Source of the DNA: Hymenobacteraceae bacterium
Lineage (GTDB): Bacteria > Bacteroidota > Bacteroidia > Cytophagales > Hymenobacteraceae
Length of the DNA stretch: 30,339 nucleotides
Assembly: GCA_031425525.1 (NCBI GenBank)
Contig: JANPJM010000087.1
Span: forward strand, 1 to 30,339
Direction of reading: 5' to 3'
In this document: positions 1-7,364 of the stretch, in pieces
How the letters are laid out: each line of letters opens with the position of its first letter
Position numbering within the stretch: position 1 is the stretch's first letter
Position numbers and translations under genes: made by a program
Notes under the pieces: generated by a model
Told to the model about the DNA's origin: nothing
Database searches by the model: none
Seen by the model: only the letters and a program-made list of their open reading frames with translations

Positions 1-264
1 CGGGCGGAACTCAAGCGCGTGGAAATGGCGCGCGACATTGTAAAAAAAGTCGTGACCATTTTCTCCCAGCCGCTTCCGTCATGAGCCGCTACCCTCAAAA
101 CCGAATTACTGCCCGGCGGCAGTCCCTTTGCCTCGCTGGAAAAAGCACGTCTGGAAGTCGCCTGGCACCTCGACACCTACTTCAACCTCGACCGCCCCCA
201 CTCCGCGCTCGGCTACCGCTCGCCCCACCAATTTGAACACGAACTGAAAACCAACCTACCTTAG
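1..264 (+). pseudogene. IS3-family transposase (integrase-core/OrfB C-terminal end), truncated by the window start and interrupted by an in-frame TGA at 82-84
   Basis: Frame-1 translation reads ...RAELKRVEMARDIVKKVVTIFSQPLPS*AATLKTELLPGGSPFASLEKARLEVAWHLDTYFNLDRPHSALGYRSPHQFEHELKTNLP*. The YFNLDRPHSALGYRSP tail is the characteristic C-terminus of rve/DDE transposases of the IS3 family. Stop TAG at 262-264. Confidence 0.6.
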
Positions 265-302
265 AAAACTGTCCGTTTTCACTGGACCACCCCAGGTAGT
301 CA
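265..302 (+). mobile_element. probable right end (terminal inverted repeat) of the IS3-family element, ending ...GGTAGTCA
   Basis: IS3 transposase genes stop a few tens of bp before the right IR, which typically ends in CA. The left end lies outside the window, so IR pairing cannot be tested. Confidence 0.3.
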
Positions 303-526
303 CTAACTGAGGACGCTCGCTCCGGCGTTGTTGAGCAGCTTATGTAGTAGGCTCACAGGCGAGTATCTTACTATGCTTGCTGCCGACCCGAAGCATCAGA
401 ACAAGTCCGGCAGACGTGCCACCCCACTATCCTTCAAAGCATCCACGAACCGTTCGTATTGCTGGGTTTCCATAATAGACTTGTTGCGTCGGCTCCTCTC
501 GTGGAAACGCGGGGCACTGGTGGTCT

Positions 527-600
527 CGAACCCTCTAGGGTTCTATTCCACAGCCTGGGATTGCTATCCCGAAGGGATTGCTACCCCAGGCGGGCGCCGC
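527..600. repeat. copy 1 of a roughly 75-nt intergenic repeat with a nested hairpin core CCTGGG-ATTGCTAT-CCC-GAA-GGG-ATTGCTAC-CCCAGG (554-590)
   Basis: About 80% identical to 4703-4770. The outer 6-bp stem CCTGGG/CCCAGG and inner stem CCC/GGG are both intact. Flanks ttattccac and cgggcgccg are conserved. Confidence 0.7.
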
Positions 601-820
601 GCCGACGCCGCGCGCCTGGGCCAAAAACTTCCCCCATCTCGTCGGCTACTACGCCACCGCTCACACTGCCCAACAGGGCGGTAAACGCTGGCGCTACCTG
701 CTGCGGGTGTATTTCATTGGATATTCGACGCCGAGTGGGAAGCCCGGCACGGGCGGTTCCGGCGCGCGATGTACGTATCAGGGTATCACCTAGAGCAGTT
801 TTGGAGTCGGTGTACGGGTT

Positions 821-887
821 GGAGCGCGGGTCTCCGGCCCACCTCCTGTGGCTGCGCACTTGTGGGCGGGCCGGAGACCCGCGCTCC
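821..887. repeat. perfect 20-bp GC-rich inverted repeat (821-840 pairs with 868-887, 27-nt loop), a very stable hairpin/cruciform
   Basis: ggagcgcgggtctccggccc at 821-840 is the exact reverse complement of gggccggagacccgcgctcc at 868-887. Confidence 0.85.
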
Positions 888-1022
888 AACCAGCTGCCGC
901 ACGTCCATAGACGCCGAATCTGCTCTAAATCGACACCCGCCTGTCAATGGTCAATGGCTGCGCTGCGCTCGTACCGATAAAACCAACCGCCTGACCCCGC
1001 TTAGCGGCCCGCTTCATCCGCT

Positions 1023-1925
1023 TCAGGCATCGCCCGGCGTAATGATTCCGTCCTGACCGCTTTTGGTTTTCATATTTACCAGAATGCGGTGAAGAGTTTC
1101 GGCGGCCAGTCCGTGCAGCACCAGGCGGTACGCCGCGCTGTAAGTTGTTTCGGGCACCATCGGGTGCTTGTTGTTCACTAAACCCAGGTGGGCCGGCGTG
1201 TTCAGGATCTGGGCGGTGTAGATCCCGATGGTTTCATCGAGCTGGAGCGAGTTGGAGGCCCGGAGAAAGTCGTTCGACGTCAGAAAAAACTGGTAACAGG
1301 GCGTGAACAATTCGATGGCCGAGCGCAGGTCGAGCATATTAGTCCACTTATTCGGAAATTCGATGTGGTGGAATTGATCCGGGGTAATCATCGTGAGGTC
1401 GGGCCGGGGCTTGCCGCGAATCACGATATTCTTCTCGCGCAGTTGGCCGTTGAGGCGGATGACGAAATTGTAGAGGTTCAGGTCGTGCCGTAAAAACAGA
1501 TCGTCTTTGATATCCGCAAAATCGTAGGGCTTCAGCGGCGTGGTTGTTACTTCCACCCCTTCGACGTTTTTGGCGATAAATTCCATAATCTCGCTGCCCA
1601 CGTGAAAATGGCGGAAAATGAGCAGGTTGGCGTCCGGGCTGACAAAGTGCTTCAAGCCCCACGCCAGGAGGCGGTGCAGCAGCCGCGAAGAATTGACCAG
1701 GTTCGGGAAAAAGAACTTGAAGATGTGAATCAACAGCATACTCGCCTTCGACCAGATCCGGATCAACGGCAGCAGGTACCGGGCCGTGCGCGAATTGTTG
1801 TCGCGCATCAAGCTGAGCTTGGTTCGGTCGTTGATCGGAATGCTGCTGTCGAGGTACATCGCCAGCCAGGGGTTCGGGTCGCGGTCGTCGTGGGAGGCAA
1901 TGTCTAGCTCGGGATCGTTATTCAT
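1023..1925 (-). CDS. hypothetical protein (300 aa), last gene of the hydroxylase-KAS operon; function not recognisable from sequence
   Basis: Clean 300-codon ORF with ATG at 1925, 41 bp downstream of the KAS-fusion stop on the same strand. GC is lower (about 55%) than neighbours. No motif I can assign confidently. Confidence 0.6.
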   Translation of the reverse strand: MNNDPELDIASHDDRDPNPWLAMYLDSSIPINDRTKLSLMRDNNSRTARYLLPLIRIWSKASMLLIHIFKFFFPNLVNSSRLLHRLLAWGLKHFVSPDANLLIFRHFHVGSEIMEFIAKNVEGVEVTTTPLKPYDFADIKDDLFLRHDLNLYNFVIRLNGQLREKNIVIRGKPRPDLTMITPDQFHHIEFPNKWTNMLDLRSAIELFTPCYQFFLTSNDFLRASNSLQLDETIGIYTAQILNTPAHLGLVNNKHPMVPETTYSAAYRLVLHGLAAETLHRILVNMKTKSGQDGIITPGDA

Positions 1926-1966
1926 GGGTTAATGAAGTTAGAGGACAGAAGTTACGCAGTCTCCTT

Positions 1967-3844
1967 CTAATAATTCCCCAGTTCCTCCAGTTGCATTCGG
2001 TAGAGGCGGGCGGTGGTTTTGGCGGTTTTCACGATCCGTCGGGCTATTTCGAGGTTCATTTTCGGGTGATTGAGCGCCTGCTCCAGGTTCCGGAAATGGT
2101 TTTCGTCGGCTAACCCGTGATAGGTAAAAAAAGACACCTGATCGTCGGTCAGCCCGAGCTGCTGCTGCATCAGCGCGCCCCAGCCGGCCGCCAGGCGCTT
2201 GCCGATGCCCTCGATGATGAACATCGCGCCGAGCAGGTCGATAGGGTTCGGCTGGCTGGCCTGCTGGAACACAAAGGCGCTCAACGCCAGGCTGCCGATG
2301 TTCTTTTCGCCGCGCCGGATGATTTCCGGATCCTCGCCAAGGTTCTCGAAATTGCGCTCCAGGAGTTGGTAATCGCGGTGTTCGGCCGCAGTGTGCCGGA
2401 TGAAGGCCGAGCGCAGCTCGAACAGCTCGATGTCGATGTTCGACGCGGCGCGGGCAATCCACTGCGAGCCATCGATTACCTGCTGGCGCAGGTCGGTGAG
2501 GAGCAGCCGGTAATCGGCTCGACTGAGCTGGCCGTCGTGGATTTTTTGCACGATCGGCACTTTATACAGCCCGGTTTCAAATGCCACCCACACCTGCGTG
2601 AGCTGCCGGACCAGCCACTCCGAGGTTTCGGTTTTTTCGAGGTTCAGCTCCGGGGCCACAATCGGCGGCAGGGCTACTTGCTGCGGGGCCGGGCCGCGGT
2701 CGGCGCCCGCAGCGCCCGCAGCGCCCACTACCCGCAGCTGCATAAAGGCCGTCACGAAACGGCCGCTTTCGGGCACCATACACAGGATGCGCTGGCCGGA
2801 CGTTAACCGGCCGGAATACAGCAGCTCTTCGAGCATGATAAAGAGCGACGCCGAACCGGTATTCCCTTTTGAACTCAGGTTGCTGAACCACTTTTCCGGC
2901 GCGATTTCGGCGCCTCCTTGCTTCATCAGCGCGCGGGTAGGCTCCTTGAAGTATTCCGACGAATAGTGGCAGCAGAGCCAATCGACGGCAGCGACGCTGA
3001 TCTTACCCCGATCAATCAACTCGAAAAAATGGGCGACGCCGGTTTTCACCACGTCGTCGAGCAGACGGATATCCTGCTTGAGGTTGATGGCGCCGGCCCG
3101 CGCCGCCGATTCAAAATCCGGATAGTCGAGCCAGGTAGGTTCGTGGGGGTCTTTATTGCTGTTTTGGCCGGCGTACATACACACCGGAAAGGTGGGCGCG
3201 TGCGAGCGCACCTCGACCCACTCGATGGCGAGCGATAGGCCGCCGGGCGCGGGCTGGTCTTGCACCACGAGGGCCCCGGCGCCGTCGGACAGCATCCAGC
3301 GCAGAAACTCCGTCGCGAACGGCAGCGAAGTCAGCTGCTGCGCCTCGAAACGGGAGGCTTTGAACATTCGGCTCGCAAACTCGCTGCCCACGCACACGGC
3401 GTTGCGCACGTCGCCGCACCGAATCAGGGCGGCGGCATGCTGGAGGGCCATCAGGCTGCTGGCGCACACACTCTGGAAGCTGGCCAACGCGCAGCTCGAA
3501 AAATCAAGCTCGCCGTGTACCATACTGGCAAAGCCGGGCACAGGCAGGTCGGCTTGGGTGGTGCCGGCGCAGAGCAGCTCCACGTCGCGCCCGGTCAGGG
3601 TGCTGCGTTCCAGCGCGCGCTCGATGGCCCGGGCAGCCATCGCGGCATTGGAATACTGGCTGTTCTGCTGCCGGTCGAGGGCGTAGTAACGGGTTTTAAT
3701 CCCGTTTTGCTGGAGAATCCGATCCCGGGCGGCGCTTTTTTTTCCATGCACCTGGCCCAGGTACTCCTCCATTTCGTGGTTAGCCACCGGCGGGCCCGGC
3801 AGAAAAATACCGGCGGCGGTGATGTAGGCCTGCTTCATTTTCAT
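1967..3844 (-). CDS. 3-oxoacyl-ACP synthase III (KAS III/FabH-like thiolase-fold condensing enzyme) fused to a C-terminal heme-oxygenase-like (iron-containing redox enzyme/HDO-type) domain; 625 aa
   Basis: Starts MKMKQAYITAAGIFLPG. Condensing-enzyme motifs are present: active-site Cys in DFSSCALASF, and the GNTGSASLFIMLEELL Asn motif. An Ala/Gly-rich linker is followed by a domain with E..H and YHGLADENHF (H-x3-D-x2-H) motifs typical of heme-oxygenase-like diiron enzymes. The ORF runs continuously to 1967 with no internal start. The ATG at 3842-3844 overlaps the upstream gene stop (ATGA). Confidence 0.7.
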   Translation of the reverse strand: MKMKQAYITAAGIFLPGPPVANHEMEEYLGQVHGKKSAARDRILQQNGIKTRYYALDRQQNSQYSNAAMAARAIERALERSTLTGRDVELLCAGTTQADLPVPGFASMVHGELDFSSCALASFQSVCASSLMALQHAAALIRCGDVRNAVCVGSEFASRMFKASRFEAQQLTSLPFATEFLRWMLSDGAGALVVQDQPAPGGLSLAIEWVEVRSHAPTFPVCMYAGQNSNKDPHEPTWLDYPDFESAARAGAINLKQDIRLLDDVVKTGVAHFFELIDRGKISVAAVDWLCCHYSSEYFKEPTRALMKQGGAEIAPEKWFSNLSSKGNTGSASLFIMLEELLYSGRLTSGQRILCMVPESGRFVTAFMQLRVVGAAGAAGADRGPAPQQVALPPIVAPELNLEKTETSEWLVRQLTQVWVAFETGLYKVPIVQKIHDGQLSRADYRLLLTDLRQQVIDGSQWIARAASNIDIELFELRSAFIRHTAAEHRDYQLLERNFENLGEDPEIIRRGEKNIGSLALSAFVFQQASQPNPIDLLGAMFIIEGIGKRLAAGWGALMQQQLGLTDDQVSFFTYHGLADENHFRNLEQALNHPKMNLEIARRIVKTAKTTARLYRMQLEELGNY

Positions 3845-4572
3845 TTCTTTGTTGGCTGCCGCCAGCCTTCGAGCCGGTCGAGCAGGTCGGTGGCGAAGCC
3901 GTAGCCTCCCCGGTTCAGGTGATGATGACTGCCGTGGCGGGTGGCCAGCAGCGACCAGGGGCGGCCCCGGCCGTCGCCGAACCGGTAATTGCAGTGGCCC
4001 GCGAAATTGAGCAGGATGCTGGCCAGCGGATACAGCAAGATGGCGGTGGCCGAGAAATCGACCCACGGCGCGATGGTCAGCGGCACGGTGCTGAGTAGCA
4101 GCGCCTCGAACCAATGGAAACTGTAAACCGAAAACACCGTGGGCACCTTGGAACGGTGATGCACGTAGTGCACCCGCCGATACAGGAAAGGCAGGTGCAG
4201 CAAGCGGTGCACCCCGAAAAAATGCACCTCGTTCCAGAGCGTGAGCAGCGCCAGCCCCACTACAGTGTTGGCCAGGGTGTCGGGCCGCAGCACCACCACC
4301 CCTTGGCGCACCAGGTACACCATGGCCACGCCCGAGAAGCCAAACAGGAGCATAGAAACCACCGAGTTCCGAATCTCGAACGGCACCTGCCGGCCCGGCG
4401 GCGGCGGCGGCCGGATCTGGTGTACCAGGCCCCACTTCGCCAATTGCCGGCACCCGCCCAGGAAAAGCGGCCCAAGCCCGAAATACAGCACCGCAAAATA
4501 CGCCACGGTGAGCCCGTACACCTGCTGGTACGTGCTGTCGTGCAACATCCAATGGAGCAGTTTGGGGAGCAT
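3841..4572 (-). CDS. fatty acid hydroxylase superfamily integral membrane enzyme (sterol desaturase/CrtZ-like, His-box diiron)
   Basis: 243 aa with several hydrophobic segments and histidine boxes HRLLH, HYVHH, HGSHHH. Its stop TGA (3841-3843) overlaps the KAS III start codon. Confidence 0.75.
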   Translation of the reverse strand: MLPKLLHWMLHDSTYQQVYGLTVAYFAVLYFGLGPLFLGGCRQLAKWGLVHQIRPPPPPGRQVPFEIRNSVVSMLLFGFSGVAMVYLVRQGVVVLRPDTLANTVVGLALLTLWNEVHFFGVHRLLHLPFLYRRVHYVHHRSKVPTVFSVYSFHWFEALLLSTVPLTIAPWVDFSATAILLYPLASILLNFAGHCNYRFGDGRGRPWSLLATRHGSHHHLNRGGYGFATDLLDRLEGWRQPTKK

Positions 4573-4702
4573 AGGGCGGTAGATAAGTAGTCAGCCATAA
4601 GCTTTTAGCTGTAAGCCGCAAGCCAGACCATTGACTGGCAAAAAGTTACGGGGCTCGCGTTAGCAATTTACTTGTGGCGCCGTACTTAAAGGTACTACCC
4701 GG

Positions 4703-4770
4703 CCCGCAAACCCCGAAAGGGCTTTATTCCACCGCCTGGGGTTGCTACGCCAACGGCGTTGCTACCCCAG
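4703..4770. repeat. copy 2 of the intergenic repeat; core CCTGGG-GTTGCTAC-GCC-AAC-GGC-GTTGCTAC-CCCAGG (4725-4761)
   Basis: Aligns with 527-600. The inner stem has changed CCC/GGG to GCC/GGC with pairing preserved (compensatory change). Lies in the 221-bp spacer between the regulator stop (4794) and the hydroxylase start (4572). Confidence 0.7.
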
Positions 4771-4793
4771 GCGGGCGCCGGGCGCCCCCCACC

Positions 4794-5570
4794 CTATTTC
4801 AACAGCTCCCCCACCAACGCCTCCAGCCGCGCTACGCGCGCATCGAGCAAGGCGGGCGGCGCGGGCGGGGCCGTCAGCACGGCGTGAATTTGCCAGAGTT
4901 CCAGCACTTCCTTGGGCGGCACTTCGCGCGGGGGGTAATCGGGGTTATCGGCGGTGAGCGATAAGGTGAGATCGGTTTTGACCCCTGCCAGGCGGCGGAT
5001 GAGCGGGCCGGTGCGAACTACCACCGCGTACAACTGGCCGGGGATCGGGGGGGCGGCGCCCGCCGTTAGCCCGGCGCGCGCCGCCACTACCACATCGTGC
5101 GGCCGTAAGCCGCCGCCGGGGTGGGTCATCTCGGAGGTGCCCACCTCGAAGGCGCGCGTCACGGGGCCGAGCGCCAGCGGTAGGATCAGGTGCGGCAGCG
5201 TGGCGACCCACGCGGGATCCTGGCAGCGCATACCGTACGCAAGCTGCTGCGGCAGACCGACGTAGGGCGTCAGATGCGCAAGTTCGTCGGGTGGGGCGGT
5301 GGGCTCGGTGAGGTGCGCCGCGTGCCGCTGGTGCTGGTACACGTCGAAGTGCAGCAGGTCGTTGACGGTCAGCTCCTTGGTGAGCAGCAGGTCGACGGAA
5401 ACGCCGAAGTACTGCGCAATCTGAATCAGTGTGTCGGTTTTGGGCTCGGCCCGCCCCTCTTCCCAGGCCCCGACGCTGGGCCGCGCCAACCCGAACAGCT
5501 CGGCGAAGGCCGCCTGGGAAAGCTTCTTGACGGTGCGAATCTTCCGGATGTTGGCGCCGATACAGGACAT
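4794..5570 (-). CDS. XRE-family HTH transcriptional regulator with a C-terminal LexA/S24-peptidase-like domain
   Basis: N-terminus MSCIGANIRKIRTVKKLSQAAFAELFGLARPSVGAWEEGRAEPKTDTLIQIAQYFGVSVDLL is a classical XRE HTH. The C-terminal part has GTSEM (compare LexA GDSM) and LIRRL where LexA has VKRL. The ATG at 5570 is preferred over the TTG at 5591 used by the ORF track. Confidence 0.7.
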   Translation of the reverse strand: MSCIGANIRKIRTVKKLSQAAFAELFGLARPSVGAWEEGRAEPKTDTLIQIAQYFGVSVDLLLTKELTVNDLLHFDVYQHQRHAAHLTEPTAPPDELAHLTPYVGLPQQLAYGMRCQDPAWVATLPHLILPLALGPVTRAFEVGTSEMTHPGGGLRPHDVVVAARAGLTAGAAPPIPGQLYAVVVRTGPLIRRLAGVKTDLTLSLTADNPDYPPREVPPKEVLELWQIHAVLTAPPAPPALLDARVARLEALVGELLK

Positions 5571-5762
5571 AGGCAAATCTTTTTGGCTCAAACGATGAGC
5601 ATTTTCAAAACTTATTCGTACTATTGTGCCGTAAATCTACGACCAAAAGCTTCAAAACCGCAAGCAAGTTGCTGCATTTTTGAGCAATGCCTGCTTTTAT
5701 GCAGCCCAACTGCCCCCGTCGCCTACCTTAGCCCGCCCTTCCGTACTTACCCGCTCAGCCCG

Positions 5763-6173
5763 ATGCCTAACCCGTACTTCGACAAAATTCGGCAGTACCT
5801 CCACGAGTTGGGCGGTACCGTGGCAGTGGCAGACCCCGCCACCGGCGTTTTTGTGGTCAGCAAGCCCGAATTGGGCATTTACCAGCTCGTGATCGGGTGT
5901 GCCGACCCGCTGCTCATTCTGGAGCAGCACCTGCTCATCCTGCCCGAGCCGACCCTGCGGATTTACCAGCGGCTGCTGCAAAAAAACCGCGACATCATTC
6001 ACGGCGCGTTCGTGCTCGACGATACCGGCCGCCGCGTCATCTTCCGCGATACGCTCCAGATCGGTACTCTCGACCGCGACGAGCTGGAGGCGTGTTTCAA
6101 CTCGCTCGGGCTGCTGCTGAGCGAGTTTGCCACCGAACTGATTGCCTTTTCCAAGCCCACTTTCACTTCCTAA
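5763..6173 (+). CDS. small cytoplasmic protein, YbjN/DUF2170 (YjfI)-like putative sensory-transduction regulator; first gene of the PspA operon
   Basis: 136 aa, starts MPNPYFDKIRQYLHELGG. Sits 16 bp upstream of pspA in the same orientation. E. coli yjfI (DUF2170) precedes the PspA paralog yjfJ in the same way. The family assignment is by gene order and general appearance, not by a verified motif. Confidence 0.35.
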   Translation: MPNPYFDKIRQYLHELGGTVAVADPATGVFVVSKPELGIYQLVIGCADPLLILEQHLLILPEPTLRIYQRLLQKNRDIIHGAFVLDDTGRRVIFRDTLQIGTLDRDELEACFNSLGLLLSEFATELIAFSKPTFTS

Positions 6174-6189
6174 GCCTGACCCCAATCCG

Positions 6190-6906
6190 ATGAGTATTTT
6201 TTCCCGCCTTTTCAAAATCGGGCAGGCCGAAGCGCATTCGGCCGTCGATAAGCTCGAAGACCCCATCAAACTCACCGAACAAGGGCTGCGCGATTTGCGC
6301 ACCGAGTTCGACAAGGCGCTGCATGCCCTCGCCGATGTGAAGGCGATGGTGATCCGGGCGCGCACCGACGGCGAGCAGGCCCGCCAACGCGCCGCCGACT
6401 ACGAAGACAAGGCCATCCACCTGCTCCAGCGGGCGCAGCGCGGCGAGCTGGCCGCCCCCGAAGCCGACCGCCTCGCCGGCGAAGCCCTCCTCAAGAAGGC
6501 CGAACACGACGCCCACGCCACCCGCGCGGCAGCCGATCAGGAACGGTTCGCGCAGTCGGCGAACCAGCTCGATCAGAACGTGCAGCAACTCAAGGGCACG
6601 ATGGAAAAGTGGGAAAACGAGCTAAAAACCCTTAAAGCGCGCGTGCGCGTCAGCACCGCCACCCGCACGATCAACGAGCAGCTCGCGCGCCTCGATTCGA
6701 CGGGCACCATCGCGCTGCTCGAACGGATGAAGGAGCGCGTCGCGCACGACGAGGCGCTGGCGGAGTCGTACGGCGAGCTGGCGCAACGGCACCGCAACGT
6801 TGACGCCGAAATCGACCGCGCCCTGACCCAGGCGCCCGCCGACCGTGCCCAGCACGCGCTCGACGCGCTCAAAGCGCGGCTGGCGCTGCCGCCGGCCAGC
6901 GAGTAA
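6190..6906 (+). CDS. pspA: PspA/IM30 (phage shock protein A/Vipp1, ESCRT-III-like) family protein
   Basis: 238 aa, starts MSIFSRLFKIGQAEAHSAVDKLEDPIKLTEQGLRDLRTEFDKAL..., the canonical PspA N-terminus. The rest is long helices with coiled-coil character and an Ala/Arg/Glu-rich composition. Confidence 0.85.
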   Translation: MSIFSRLFKIGQAEAHSAVDKLEDPIKLTEQGLRDLRTEFDKALHALADVKAMVIRARTDGEQARQRAADYEDKAIHLLQRAQRGELAAPEADRLAGEALLKKAEHDAHATRAAADQERFAQSANQLDQNVQQLKGTMEKWENELKTLKARVRVSTATRTINEQLARLDSTGTIALLERMKERVAHDEALAESYGELAQRHRNVDAEIDRALTQAPADRAQHALDALKARLALPPASE

Positions 6907-6944
6907 CTTGACACTGTACCTGTAGGTAATAGCCAGCGTTCTGT

Positions 6945-7364
6945 ATGGGCTCTTTCAACGTATTGCTTCAATTCGCGCACCATCAGCATTCCGAAAATGA
7001 AGAACACTGGTGTACGACTCCCGAGGAAGTAACGGCGCTGTTCGATGCGTTTGACTGGGCCGGTGAAACCGATAAATCCAACCGGCTCGAACGCGTCTCG
7101 CCGACCCTCAGCGTCGAAACCCGTCAGCCGGCGGCATTGCTGTGGGTGTCATCCATCGGCGACGCGCCCAATCTGGAATTCATCTCCGAGTATACGTTTC
7201 CGGCCGATACTACCCGACTCTTTGGCTTGTGGTCGGGCTCCGGTCGCAAAACCCTGCACACCAGCTCGTTCACTTTATTTCAGGCGCGAGAAGCGGTTGC
7301 GCTGTTCACGCGCCAGGCACAAGCGGAATTACTCGCCCTCTATCATTCAGCCGGCACCCGATGA
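6945..7364 (+). CDS. hypothetical soluble acidic protein (139 aa) between pspA and the YqiJ-like gene
   Basis: ORF with ATG at 6945. Its stop TGA (7362-7364) overlaps the ATG (7361-7363) of the next gene. No recognisable motif. Confidence 0.5.
   Translation: MGSFNVLLQFAHHQHSENEEHWCTTPEEVTALFDAFDWAGETDKSNRLERVSPTLSVETRQPAALLWVSSIGDAPNLEFISEYTFPADTTRLFGLWSGSGRKTLHTSSFTLFQAREAVALFTRQAQAELLALYHSAGTR

Noticed and set aside
134-150. TGGCAC string inside the IS transposase fragment as a possible sigma-54 -24 box
   Set aside because: There is no GC dinucleotide at the required -12 spacing and it lies inside coding sequence.
524-545. tRNA T-arm-like string GGTCTCGAACC
   Set aside because: No complementary T-stem (GGTGG lacks a CCACC partner), no acceptor stem or CCA context. 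It is part of the repeat element flank.
328-1056. Several overlapping 70-170-codon ORFs (328-684, 459-980, 578-793, 581-889 minus, 769-1056)
   Set aside because: They overlap in multiple frames with R/P/A-rich translations and span the inverted repeats. No frame shows a protein-like composition. A 25-aa minus-strand ORF (396-473, METQQYERFVDALKDSGVARLPDLF) was also noted, but it is too short to support.
2126-2132. A7 homopolymer (T7 on the coding strand) inside the HDO domain of the KAS fusion
   Set aside because: Seven nucleotides is at the low end for slipped-strand phase variation and it encodes a plausible V-S-F-F-T. Noted only as a potential sequencing-error hotspot.
1967-4621. 884-aa ORF version of the KAS III fusion
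   Set aside because: Its first 259 codons run through the hydroxylase gene in a different frame with junk-like (R/P/A-rich) translation. The real start is the ATG at 3844 (MKMKQAY...), overlapping the hydroxylase stop.
5190-5762. 5-prime extension of the 327-aa ORF 5190-6173
   Set aside because: The extension is antisense to the XRE-regulator gene and translates to low-complexity sequence. The in-frame ATG at 5763 followed by a compact domain is the likely start.
7142-7360. Longer start (7142) for the YqiJ-like gene
   Set aside because: It would overlap the preceding 139-aa gene by 220 bp in another frame. The ATG at 7361 gives the expected N-terminal TM helix and an ATGA coupling.
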